From NCBI GenBank assembly GCA_030141605.1, contig JAQGDQ010000713.1:44651-108650 (forward strand): a DNA stretch of 64,000 bases. Reading direction: 5' to 3'. Both the position numbers and the translations under genes were made by a program. The stretch is from Tubiluchus corallicola (Eukaryota > Animalia > Priapulida). Positions 11,716 through 23,180 of the stretch are shown here, one piece after another. The notes under the pieces were generated by a model, which saw only the letters and a list, made by a program, of their open reading frames with translations, did not search any database and was not told the DNA's origin. Position 1 is the first letter of the stretch; each line of letters opens with the position of its first letter.

Positions 11716-12647
11716 GTAATTTCAGTATGTTCAAGTCTATATTAATGTGCGGTAATGAATAAGGGTTGATTTTTCCTTTAATGCTCCATATGACTCTTTA
11801 TTGTGTGGTAATTTCAGTATGTTTAAGTGTATATTAAAATACAGTAATGAATAAGGGTTGATTTTTCCTTTAATGCTTCTTATGGCTCTTTGTTGTGTGG
11901 TAATTTCAGTATGTTTAAGTGTATATTAAAATACAGTAATGAATAAGGGTTGATTTTTCCTTTAATGCTCCGTATGACTCTTTATTGTGTGGTAATTTCA
12001 GTATGTTTAAGTGTATATTAAAATACAGTAATGAATAAGGGTTGATTTTTCCTTTAATGCTCCGTATGGCTCTTTGTTGTGTGGTAATTTCAGTATGTTT
12101 AAGTGTATATTAAAACACAGTAATGAATAAGGGTTGATTTTTCCTTTAATGCTCCATATGGCTGTATATTGTGTGGTAATTTCAGTATGTTTAAGTGTAT
12201 TTTAAAATACAGTAATGAATAAGGGTTGATTTTTCCTTTAATGCTCCGTATGGCTGTATATTGTGTGGTAATTGCAGTATGTTTAAGTGTATATTAAAAC
12301 ACAGTAATGAATAAGGGTTGATTTTTCCTTTAATGCTCCATATGGCTGTATATTGTGTGGTAATTTCAGTATGTTTAAGTGTATATTAAAATACAGTAAT
12401 GAATAAGGGTTGATTTTTCCTTTAATGCTTCTTATGGCTCTTTATTGTGTGGTAATTTCAGTATGTTTAAGTGTATATTAAAACACAGTAATGAATAAGG
12501 GTTGATTTTTCCTTTAATGCTTCTTATGGCTGTATATTGTGTGGTAATTTCAGTATGTTTAAGTGTATATTAAAATACAGTAATGAATAAGGGTTGATTT
12601 TTCCTTTAATGCTCCGTATGGCTCTTTGTTGTATTGTAATTTCAGTA
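11716..12647. repeat. 92-bp tandem repeat, about 10 copies
   Basis: gtaatttcagtatgtttaagtgtatatt...ttgtgtg recurs at 11808, 11900, 11992 ... Confidence 0.93.
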
Positions 12648-13349
12648 TTTTTATCGCTTAAAGCATTTACTAGATTGTTTGATAATTATTAGCACTTTTT
12701 CATAATTTTCAGTATTTCTATTTTTCACTAGACTTGACGTTTTGCAAAACCAACGAGGTAGACATTATATTTTCTAGAATTCATCCTATTTAACTTAGTT
12801 CGCGCAGAGCAATTTGAGCTTATAAAATTTTCTTAACGGATGTTTGCATAAGCGGTATTTAAATTTGTTTTGCAAAGTTTGGAAGGTCTTATTTGCATTT
12901 CAAAACTTTTTTCCGAACTATAGTATAGGGCTAATGATCTTTTTATGGTTGTGGAAGATGTCCACTCATTGGTTTACATTTTACATGGCTTTGCTGATCT
13001 TACAATGCCGGGAAGATGTCGTTTCGGATCATGTGAGAGCACCTTGGAAATGTGCCCAGCTCGATAGTCCATCTCATGGGACGGAGAACTCGTCACCGGC
13101 CGGGTAGGAACTTTATGCCAATAAACGGCATATTAATATATAATGAATAATTATATATGAATGATAATAATGAATATTAACCTTAAACCACCTTCAGTAA
13201 AATAAAATGAAAAATAAACATTAGATACGAGAGAAAAGTATTGTCTAAACAACGTTCCCAAAGTTTATGGCAATACATATACATAGCTATGTAATTTCTT
13301 ATTTAGCTTCTGCATTTTGTATATGTTGTTTATAAGAAACATTTTCTAT

Positions 13350-14300
13350 GTACAAAGTTCTACGCGTAATGGTGGTAACATATTGGACCTTGCTTTTACA
13401 ACAGCTGAATTGAAGAGAACTCACTCAGCTTCCCCCATGCATATAATATGCTTATGAAAGCGTCTTTGACAACTCCAGTTGTGAACAATACGTGAATTAA
13501 TAAATCAGTGCAAATATAAACTATGAGATGAACTCTGTGTCAATTGGGAGAAGTTTGCCCACATTGATTTGTACTTCCGAGAGACAAGTGTGATTCTGTG
13601 AATAGGCAGAAGGTAATTCGATACTCATTAGCGACATCTGCAAGCAGTTGACGGAGAATTGGACCTGACCAGTCGAGTGACCAGCAGGCATTGCGCTATT
13701 GCTCTTAATTGATATAAGTGTTATCAAAGCTGGATAATGTGAACTGTTTGCCTGGTAGCCATTGCGCACTTTTATTTAGCATTAACAAATAGTTAATTAG
13801 AAATATATGGACGAAACAGGACTATAGAGATCCTGATGAGTTATACAACATAATGATCACTGTGTTATTATATCTGATAGCAATGCTGCCACAATCATTC
13901 AATAGTAGGTCTTACTGGATTTGTAATTCGATGATGGATTTTGGGTTTAAGATATATTTTCCAATACATGGTTTTACAAAGTATAGAGTCATAGATATAC
14001 AACCTGGCTCGTGAAAACGTACCTGACACAATTCTTGATTATGGAAACGAGTATCTGGTTTACAGGAAAAGCAGGGAGTCATGTGGCGGAGGAGTCTTGC
14101 TTATGCGAAAAACAATAGAAAGTGTACGTGTGTCTACGTACAATGAAACGGAAGTAGTAGCTGTTGATTTAAACCACCTATGAAAAGTTTGGTAATTATA
14201 TTCTTGAAAATGGATTAACTCAGTGTGTACAAAATACTATGTGTAATGATAATATATTGGACCTTGCTTTTGCAACACTGGTATCAGAAGGGATTGGCTG
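13350..14300 (+). mobile_element. Degraded LINE (CR1/L2-like) AP-endonuclease fragments
   Basis: Remnant motifs GGGVLL (ggcggaggagtcttgctt, ~14085) and NILDL (aacatattggacctt ~13378, aatatattggacctt ~14251), broken by stops. Confidence 0.45.
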
Positions 14301-15809
14301 TAGTGTAGTTAAAAATGGTTTGCCATAAAGTAGTTTCGAACTAGCTATCTTTGGAGTTGAGATGTCTGCTTGTTCCTACTGACGTCTGTCTTCACGAATC
14401 CATATTATATCAGTGAAGTCTTGAGTCTCCCTTACTAAACATTTTTTGCTTTAATTGTATGCTTGATTATATGCTTTCAAGCTCATGCATTTAGGTAGCG
14501 TTTCATATAAATATGTCTCTCGGTGGTGGTGGATAGGCCTATATATAGTAGCAATGTGAAAAAATAATGTTTAAATTATATGATGTTTATTCTTCATAAT
14601 TGTGCCTGATGTTTACTTTGCATTAAGGAATATTTAACGAAATTACTACATAGAATGGTAATTAGCAAGTTACAGGAGCGTGAGCCAGAAGGCAAAATTA
14701 CATTATGGCTTATGACAGTGCCAGTAATGCAAACAGCCTAAACTCAAAACCTACTGTGAACACTGAAAATTGTCTAAGAAATTAATAATGTAAAAACAGT
14801 ATTTCTAGAAATACGACCAGTAAAACACAACTAAACGTGGAAGTAAAGAAATAGCAAAGACAGCAAAGACTTTGGCTAACCTGTTCCTGTTAATCTAGTA
14901 TTTTGCTTTAGGTGGAAGTGGATTCTCTCAACTTCAGTGGTGTTTTATCATTTGCTTTGTCAAAATGTCCTAAAATCTTTTCAGTTGAGCATTAAGAAAT
15001 TAATTATAAGCTGTATATGCCTTGTGGCACTATTCTTGCTGGCACAATCTGGCAGTAATTTTCGAATCAGAACCAGTATCAAAATCAGATGCACAGATAT
15101 AGATTAATATACAGCTTCTGTTACTGAACTGTAAACATAAAAAATGCATATCTGTCTACCAGAGGTGTAAATTTCAGCGAAACCAATAATGTAAGTATCA
15201 CGATTTTAACTCTTAAATATATAATTTATTCAGCAAGGTGGCTTTGTGGCCACAGATTTGTGTTTCGGTCGGTTTTTGAAAAATTCTTAAATCTCCTGAT
15301 TTCGACCATCACATTGAAATTAAGTGGAAAAAGCGGAAATTCAACTTGCATGCTAATTAAACTTTTTAAAAGATTATGCAAAAAATTCCACTGAGTCTCT
15401 GTTAATTAAGCTAACAGTAAACTTATTAAACTAAGTTTATAATCGGTTGCATAGCTTCATCATTTCACTCCATCTACATTTTGTGTCAATTTTTCCTGCA
15501 TGATGGCAAATGCTGCAAAGCAAGTGTTCTTCCGCTTTAGCTTTATAATTTAGCTTTAAAGTTTTAGACTTTTAAGGCTTTTGGAATCTAAAATCAAGAA
15601 TTTGTACTACTTTGTAGTTTGAATTTCTTGATTGTGGTTTCTGAGAAAGTCCTCATAAAACATTTAAAATGCAGTCATGCTTGGTTTCTAGGTCTCTGTC
15701 CTGGGGGAGCTTACAGCCCATCTAGCTAGGTCCTGACTCCTGACTTCAGTTTGCGATAGGGTGGCAATCCTAATTCTAATTTGTGCTGCAGTAAGTAATT
15801 GTAACGCAA

Positions 15810-16308
15810 CGAAGTTAAGCAACGTAGAGCCTGGTTAGTACTTGGATGGGTGACATCCTAGGAATACCAGGTGCTGTAGGCTTGCGGGATGCCCACACTG
15901 TATCTCGACACTAGGCGGAGGAGCTGCACAAGCAGCCAACGGCTATAGGGCGGAGGAGGTCAAGTAACCCAACGGCCATGTGTAGAGGAGTAAACCTTCA
16001 AAATCAGGAATGGAGCCCCGAAGGCGGACCAGTGCAGCATGCTCACTGACTCCGGCAGCTCCTGCAGCTCCTGCAGCCAACCTTGTGCCAAACGCATCGC
16101 TGCGCTTTCCTTTGGACTACACTGGGGAGGAAAAGAGGGGGTTCCTGTTGTCTGGGCAACTCAGGATCTCCATACACTTTGCCCAGGCGTGCGCCCTGGA
16201 GACGTTCAAGTGCTCAGCCACAGTCGACGCTGCAGCTCCATTAATGTGATCAATAACTGACTCTCTTGGCGCACATTCCATTGTCTTCCGAGACAGAAGG
16301 ATACCAAC
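15810..16308 (+). mobile_element. 5S rRNA-derived SINE (SINE3) with an RTE-like body and tail; 5'-truncated head
   Basis: 15810-15883 matches the 3' part of 5S rRNA (gaagttaagc...gcctggttagtacttggatggg...gaataccaggtgctgtaggctt, boxes A and C) with no oligo-T terminator. It ends ccattgtcttccgagacagaaggataccaac, which I recall as an RTE-type 3' end. Confidence 0.7.
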
Positions 16309-16765
16309 TGTCAAGGATTTTGTTTGTCAAATTTAGTATAGCTATAAGTTACAAGTGGCGACACCTGGCCTCAATAGTCGCTTCCTACAGAATTTCCGGT
16401 CATTTAGGTTTCAAGGTGTACATGTGGTGACGTGTCTGTGTGAACTCATGATTTAATGCCAACGATGTACGTAAATTTTATTTAGTCATTTATTTTATTT
16501 ACTGTAAGCTTCTCATTAATTTAATCATATTCGATGTTTTGGTAGAAATGAATCAGTTTATTAAAGAAATTTATATTTTATTTCAGATAAAATGTAATAT
16601 TTTGGGATGAAGCAAATGACTACGGGGCATGTGCCATGAAAATGGTACAAGCAATAAACAGTTATACTGAGCAAATGATGACTTTGTTTGTTTGTCTCCG
16701 TAAAGCCCAAGCAATTTTATATCGGCATTCGACAATCCAGAGTGGACATTTTTATACAGTCAACA
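16309..16765 (+). repeat. Putative 5' LTR of the BEL element
   Basis: Begins TGT right after the SINE tail, contains AATAAA (~16653), ends ACA. Followed by tatgacccagattgtga, loosely like a tRNA-Trp PBS. No 3' LTR is present to confirm the boundaries. Confidence 0.55.
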
Positions 16766-16876
16766 TATGACCCAGATTGTGACCTACTTCTGGTTTAGCT
16801 ACTGTTTCGCGTACATAGATTGACTTTTGTAGACAGGAGAAGTTATTTGGTCATGTTTAAAGTTGAACACACCTAA

Positions 16877-19225
16877 ATGATGTCGGACCAAACAACAAGG
16901 GAGAAATTAAAAAATACGACCCGTGATCAGCTGCGAGAAATGCTGCGGGCCAAACAACTGTCAGTTTCTGGTAGTAAAGAAGAGCTAATTCACAGACTCT
17001 TAGCAAGTCAGCAGAAACCAGATCATTCATATAATGTGACGTCATGTGAAGCGTCTGGTACGTCGTCGTATGTTGATGCAGCTACAGCGACAGCGCAGCA
17101 TCAAGTTGGCGAGCGCAGCCCTTCCAAAGCATCGTCAGGTGCTAGTCATTCGAAATCTACGAGACGGTCGAAGAAAAGTGCGAGGGAATTAAAGTTGCAT
17201 GAGATTAAGATTCAGGAACAGGAGCTGAAATTAAAAGCAATGAAATTAAAACAGTTAAGACTTGAGAGTGAAGTTGCTTCACATAGCAGTGCAACCAGTC
17301 AGAAGTCGCGTACAACCGTCACCTCGCCTGAAATCAAGGACGAGACTTTAGCTAGGAAACCCATGTCAACCAAGGACAAGGTTACCGATTGGCTTCAAGG
17401 AGTGCGTGACGTCACCAAAGCCCAGTCATCAGACACCAAGCCTGCAGTTCATCATACGTCTATGGAGGCCTATCTCACCATGGCAACGAACGACAGTTAT
17501 GCTGAGGGAGTTCTTGTCTTGGCACACAGTCTGCGTCGAACTGGTACAACTCGACATCTAGCAATTTTGGTCACCCATACTGTTTCTAGCAGAGTTATGG
17601 CAGAGCTTAGTAATGTTTTTGATTATGTACAAATGATTGATTTATTAAAGAGTAGTGATTTTGATAACTTGCATTTGCTAGGTAGGCCAGAGCTAAATGT
17701 AACATTCTCGAAATTGCACTGCTGGGCTATGACACGGTTTACTAAATGCGTTTACTTAGATGCTGATACTTTAGTATTAGAAAATATTGATGAGCTATTT
17801 AATTATAATGAGCTTGCGGCTGCCCCAGATGTGGGGTGGCCTGATTGTTTTAATTCTGGTATGTTTGTATTTCAGCCTAGTTTGGAAACTTACAGTAGAT
17901 TGTTGTCACTATCACAAACTGAGGCCTGTTCATTCGATGGCGGTGATCAGGGTTTATTAAATTTAGCCTTTCCGAACTGGAGTTCACAGTTTGACAAGCG
18001 CCTACCTTATGTGTATAATGCTGCCGTCCAAGGTCGTTACGGTTACCTGCCTACAATGAAGCAGTTCAGTAGCAAGATTAAAGTTGCGCACTTTTTAGGC
18101 CGAAAGAAGCCCTGGGATTATACTGAATATGTAAACGGGGAGATCTCCGTCAATTTTTCGGACTTTGAATCAGGTTTTCTTCGTAGATGGTGGGATATCT
18201 ATTTGTCTGATGTACAGCCCTTCTTCGAAAATTCTCCTAGTGAAGTTTTAGAACCTAGCGTTAAACAAACTACGTCGTTCTGCCGTGCCGCATTTAAATC
18301 ACCCCAGGTAGAACAAACTTTAAATACTTCTGCACGTGACTTCGTCCCAGGGAATATGCATCTTCCGCTTCCGGCTACATCGCCTCAGGCTTCTTATGGT
18401 AGCGGAGTTCAAAATAGTTCTAGGAATTTCTCTGGTAGGGCTAGTCAGAATGACATGAACGTTTTTATGGACCTCATGTTAGAAGGCCAAAGACAACACT
18501 TAAATATGTACAATGCTATGCAGCTTCCACACGTGCAGCTTGAAACGTTTGATGGTGACGTAATGAGGTTCTGGAGCTTTATCAAGCGTTTCGAAGCCAG
18601 CGTGGAGAACTATACCCAAGATGATGCAGCGAGGTACACTAGGTTAGCCCAACTCTGCATTGGTAAAGCTAAAAGAGTTGTTGACAGTTGTAATTACATG
18701 GACCCCTGTTTTGCATATGGGCATGCTAAACAGCTTTTAACCGAAAGAGTCGGCTCGCCATTTGTTGTCACACAGGCCTGGCTTTCCAGAATTGCTGAAT
18801 TTGAGCCCATAAAGATAAATGAGCCGGGAAAGTTACAGGAATTTTCGGATTTGATTGTGGCTTGTGTGGAAACTTTGAAAATAATGAACAACGTTTGCGA
18901 AATTAGTACTCAATGCAGTTTGCTACAAATAATTAAAAAACTCCCATTCAAGTTCCAGGATAGGTGGAAGGATGTTGTAGCCAGGCTTCTGAAATATGAG
19001 CACAGGAATCCGACGATATTTGATGTAGTCGAATTCACTAAGGACGCAGCTGACAAAATGAATCATCCTGTCTTTGGCGACATTAACGTTAGCCTGCCTA
19101 CCAGGAGCCCAAGAGGTAAACGCGACACTAAAGCCAGGAATTTCGCCAACTCAGCGCAGGAAACTGCGTCAATTACGAAATGCAACAGTGAACGACAACC
19201 CGGAAATACAACAAGGAAGTGGTAG
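16877..19225 (+). CDS. BEL Gag ORF: SAP - low-complexity/coiled coil - glycogenin (GT8) domain - Gag core
   Basis: 782-aa ORF. aa 11-42 SAP-like; aa 196-450 glycogenin-like; from about aa 550 the BEL Gag core (LPHVQLETFDGD...W..F...HPVFG). Confidence 0.92.
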   Translation: MMSDQTTREKLKNTTRDQLREMLRAKQLSVSGSKEELIHRLLASQQKPDHSYNVTSCEASGTSSYVDAATATAQHQVGERSPSKASSGASHSKSTRRSKKSARELKLHEIKIQEQELKLKAMKLKQLRLESEVASHSSATSQKSRTTVTSPEIKDETLARKPMSTKDKVTDWLQGVRDVTKAQSSDTKPAVHHTSMEAYLTMATNDSYAEGVLVLAHSLRRTGTTRHLAILVTHTVSSRVMAELSNVFDYVQMIDLLKSSDFDNLHLLGRPELNVTFSKLHCWAMTRFTKCVYLDADTLVLENIDELFNYNELAAAPDVGWPDCFNSGMFVFQPSLETYSRLLSLSQTEACSFDGGDQGLLNLAFPNWSSQFDKRLPYVYNAAVQGRYGYLPTMKQFSSKIKVAHFLGRKKPWDYTEYVNGEISVNFSDFESGFLRRWWDIYLSDVQPFFENSPSEVLEPSVKQTTSFCRAAFKSPQVEQTLNTSARDFVPGNMHLPLPATSPQASYGSGVQNSSRNFSGRASQNDMNVFMDLMLEGQRQHLNMYNAMQLPHVQLETFDGDVMRFWSFIKRFEASVENYTQDDAARYTRLAQLCIGKAKRVVDSCNYMDPCFAYGHAKQLLTERVGSPFVVTQAWLSRIAEFEPIKINEPGKLQEFSDLIVACVETLKIMNNVCEISTQCSLLQIIKKLPFKFQDRWKDVVARLLKYEHRNPTIFDVVEFTKDAADKMNHPVFGDINVSLPTRSPRGKRDTKARNFANSAQETASITKCNSERQPGNTTRKW
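17462..18226 (+). CDS. Glycogenin-like glycosyltransferase family 8 domain embedded in Gag
   Basis: TNDSYAEG, RPELNVTFSKLHCW, KCVYLDADTLVL, AAPDVGWPDCFNSG, SFDGGDQGLLN, YNxxxxxxYGYLP, VAHFLGRKKPW and FLRRWWDIY are colinear with GYG1. Confidence 0.95.
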
Positions 19226-20432
19226 CAAAATGGCTTCTCAACGCCTAGAGATGCCTTGTTTTCTATGTAACTCTACGGAACACCGTTCACTCAAGCTATG
19301 CAATAAATTTAAGTCAATGAATGATACTGATAGATTGAAAACCGCCAGAAGAGAAGGTCTTTGCTTCAATTGTTTGATTAAAGGAAAGCACAGGGCTTCT
19401 CGATGCTTCAAAGCAGGATGCGACGTAGAAGGATGCAGACGTAAGCATTCAAATTTACTGCATGCTGCCTTGGAGAAAATGTCACCTTCTAAAAACAATG
19501 ATGAAAGCAAGGAGAAAAAAGCGCCAACACATTGCAAACCAGAGGCTTCTAGCAGTTGTGCTAGTATTAAGGAAGGCGGCAAAGCGGCTCTCCCTGTTGT
19601 CTCAGTTTTGGTTGAAGTTGATGGGAAGATGCCCGTGCGTACTTTAGCCCTACTTGACCCTGGCTCGACTAACACCTTTTGTACAAAGGCATTGTTCGAC
19701 AAACTTGGGGCTACTAGACAAAAACGAACGCTCTCTTTAACCACTATAGAAGAGAAATATTCCAAGATAAACACTTTAATCACGAAGATGTCTGTTACTG
19801 GGGTAAACACTGGCAATAAAATAGCTTTGCCTTATGTCTTCGTTAGGCCTGCATTGTTGCTGGAAAAGGACTGCTTGGCCTTTAGCAAGGATGTAGAACA
19901 ATGGCCGCATTTGCAAGGAATCCCCCTATCGTTCACAGATACAGAAGACCTAACTGAGCTGGGCCTTTTGATCGGCCAGGATGTTCCTGATGCGCTGATT
20001 CCTCTTGAGCTACGAACAGGTCCTAGACTAACGCCATATGCTGTAAAGACAAAGCTAGGCTGGACCCTTAATGGACCCATAGGAGGCGGCGTTCCTAATT
20101 TAGGGCGCATTTGTAGTAATTTGACCCAAGCCAATGCATTGTCATATGGAGAAACCAATTCCTTGCAGCAGCAAATAGAACAATTCTGGAAAATTGAAAC
20201 TAGCGAGTTTGACAGACAATTCTTTTTAGACGATATGCGTGCTCTCGATATATGGGAGGCTTCAATTACAAAAACACATGGGCATTACCAGTTGGACATC
20301 CCATTTAAATCTGAGAATGATGTTTTACCAGATACGCTACAAATGGCTTCATCTAGATTGGAAAGTCTACGTAAACGGCTGCAGAGGAACCCAGAATTGC
20401 ACAACCGATACACTATAGCTATAAATGACCTA
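19180..20432 (+). CDS. BEL polyprotein middle part: zinc knuckles and aspartic protease (frameshifted relative to Gag)
   Basis: CFLC...H, CFNCL..KH, CDVEGC...H knuckles; LALLDPGSTNTF; LLIGQD; KTKLGWTLNG. The 5' boundary is approximate. Confidence 0.85.
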
Positions 20433-20436
20433 CCTA

Positions 20437-23180
20437 TTCAAGAAAGGATATGCAGAAGAGATCGATGAAGATGATGACCCTACTTCCAGGAAATGGTTTT
20501 TTCCCCATTTTCCGGTGTTTAATGCCAATAAACCAGAGAAAACTCGCATCGTCTTTGATGCAGCAGCGGAAACAAATGAAGTATCTCTAAATAAATTAGC
20601 ATTGCAAGGGCCAGATCTCACAAACACGTGCATTGGAGTTTTGCTTCGGTTTAGAGAGAATCCTATTGCAGTAATGGCGGATATCCGGGAGATGTTCCAC
20701 CAGGTGATCGTGTCTCCAAAACACAGAAATATGATGCGTTTCCTTTGGTGGAAAGATAGAAATCTTAACAGTCAACCATGTACTTTTAGAATGTGTGTAC
20801 ACTTGTTCGGCGGGGTGTGGTCCCCGAGCGTTGCATCATTTGCTTTGCAAAGGACTGCAAAAGACAATGCAGATCTGTTTCCCGCAAATGTTGTCGCTAC
20901 CATTTTGAGAAACTTCTATGTGGACGACCTTTTAAAATCGCTAAACACCGTGAATGAAGCCATACAGTTAGTTTCTCAACTGACTGCCTTATTGTCTCTT
21001 GGTGGATTCCACATAACTAAGTGGATGAGCAACAGACGTGAGGTCTTGGCATCTGTGCCTGCTGAAGAACTTGGAAGCGAAGTCAAGAATCTTGACTTAA
21101 CTCAGAGCCCTCTGCCAACTGATCGCGTACTGGGAGTTAAATGGCTAGTTGAGGAAGATTGCCTTGGAATCTTGGTTTCACTCAAAGACAAGCCCAGTAC
21201 AAAACGAGGAATGTTAAGCTGCATTTCGTCAGTCTATGACCCATTAGGAATGATCTGTCCATTCGTTTTGCAGGCCAAAAAACTCTTCCAAGATGAATGT
21301 AGAATTCAGAAAAAGGATTGGGATGACGCTCTAGAACGAGATACAGAAGCCAAGTGGGCAAAGTGGAAAGGAGATTGTATCGCACTAGAAAACTTCAAGT
21401 TGGAGAGATGCATGAAGGCTCGTGATTTTGGCCTGATTTTCCATTTGCAGTTGCATCATTTCTGCGATGCTTCGAGCTATGCTTATGGTACTGTCAGTTA
21501 TGTACGTATGAAGAGTGCTCAAGGTGAAATTCACACAGCATTCCTCATGGCTAAATCAAGACTTGCCCCACTTAAAGGTCTTACAATACCGCGTCTTGAA
21601 CTCTGCGCTGCAGTTTTAGCCTCTAAAGTTGATCAAATGCTTAGGGAAGAGCTATCCTTTTGTGCTGGTACAGATCAGTCGGTCTTCTGGACTGATAGTC
21701 AGATAGTTATTCATTACATTCGGAACACAGCAAAGCGGTTTCATACATTCGTCCAAAACCGTGTCAACTCAATCTTGCAAGTCTCTTCACCAACTCAATG
21801 GCGGTTTGTTAGCTCAACAGACAACTGCGCTGATGATGCGTCCCGAGGCATGAGCGCTGAAGAATTGCTACTTTCCAATAGATGGAAGTTTGTTCCATCT
21901 TTCTTAAGAAAAGATGAAGCTTCGTGGCCGCAGACTAATTTAGATTCGGATGATATACTAGCTAATGACAAAGAAGTAAAGCGGTCAGCCACTGTGAACG
22001 TCGTAGAATGCAAAGGAACTTCAAATAATGTCATAGATCAATTGTTGCAGCATTACTCATCCTTTTACAGGCTAAAAAGAGGTTTAGCCTGGTTATTACG
22101 AGCCAAAACAATATTGCACAGGAAAGCTTCTGGCGGAAGTGATATGGATTGTTCCACAAATCTAACTCTGACTGAATTAAATGAGGCCCAGAATGAGCTG
22201 ATCAGACACACACAGAAGCAAAGTTTCAACAAAGAATATAAGACGATGTGTTCCCGTACCAAATCTACATGCCCAGAACGCTCTGTAACCAAATCATCCT
22301 GCCTGTATAAGCTGGATCCCTTTATTGATAAAGAGGGAATTTTGCGTGTCGGCGGTCGCCTGCAAGATGCTCTAGTAGATCATGAAGCTCGTCATCCTGT
22401 TATTCTTCCCAAAAATCATAGACTCTCTTGGCTTGTCATACAGCACTTCCACGAGACAAATGGACATACAGGTAGAGAACATGTCATGGCTTCAGTCCGT
22501 AGAGCGTTCTGGATAATTGGGATGCGAGTCATGGTGCGGAAAGTAATCCATGAATGCAGACAATGTAGGCTGCGTTACTCTCAACCATTGCAACAAAAGA
22601 TGGCCAACTTGCCTCCTGAGAGAGTTCAACAAGGCTCCTTCTCTGCGGTTGGCGTGGACTGCTTTGGACCAATTTTGGTCAAACGTGGTAGAATCGAGGT
22701 GAAGCGTTATGGGGCACTCTTTACTTGTCTAGCCACACGAAGCATCCACTTGGAGGTACTCTTCTCGATGTCTACAGATTCCTTCATTAAAGCACTCCAT
22801 AGATTTTGTAGCAGAAGAGGCAAACCTAACAGAATTAGGTCCGACTGTGGCACTAATTTTATAGGTGCCAACAAGCAACTTTCCAAGGCTATGAAAGAGT
22901 GGAATCACAACACTATTCAGAAAGACTTGCTCCAGGAGAACATCGAGTGGGAGAATAATCCGCCACGGGCTCCCCACATGGGAGGAGTATGGGAAGCAAT
23001 GGTCAAGATTGTCAAGAAGCATTTGCTTTCTGTGACAAATGAACAAGCTCTTGATGATGAAGCTCTCAACACTCTATTCTGCATTGTTGAAAACGTTGTC
23101 AATAGTAGGCCTTTAACGGCAACCTCGGACGACCCAAAAGATTGTAGTCCTCTGACGCCCAATCACCTGCTGTTGGCGAA
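20437..23180 (+). CDS. BEL Pol: reverse transcriptase, RNase H, integrase (C-terminus missing)
   Basis: RIVFDAA, ADIREMFHQV, HLFG, FYVDD, YDPLG, HHFCDAS, WTDS, HHCC zinc finger, DDE core. Confidence 0.92.

Noticed and set aside
1-12647. CRISPR-like appearance of regular repeats
   Set aside because: No unique spacers, eukaryotic context, no cas genes.
12646-12693. LLDC peptide after the 92-bp array resembling PI3K ELLDC
   Set aside because: Four-residue match only, wrong context, stop within a few codons.
15810-15883. Functional 5S rRNA gene
   Set aside because: Lacks the 5' ~45 nt and the oligo-T terminator, and runs into a SINE-like body.
17462-18226. Host glycogenin gene or stand-alone retrocopy
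   Set aside because: No introns, stop codon, poly(A) remnant or C-terminal tail; fused in frame to Gag on both sides.
20425-20440. Programmed ribosomal frameshift between protease and RT
   Set aside because: Explained by a simple 4-bp duplication; BEL elements usually have one ORF here.
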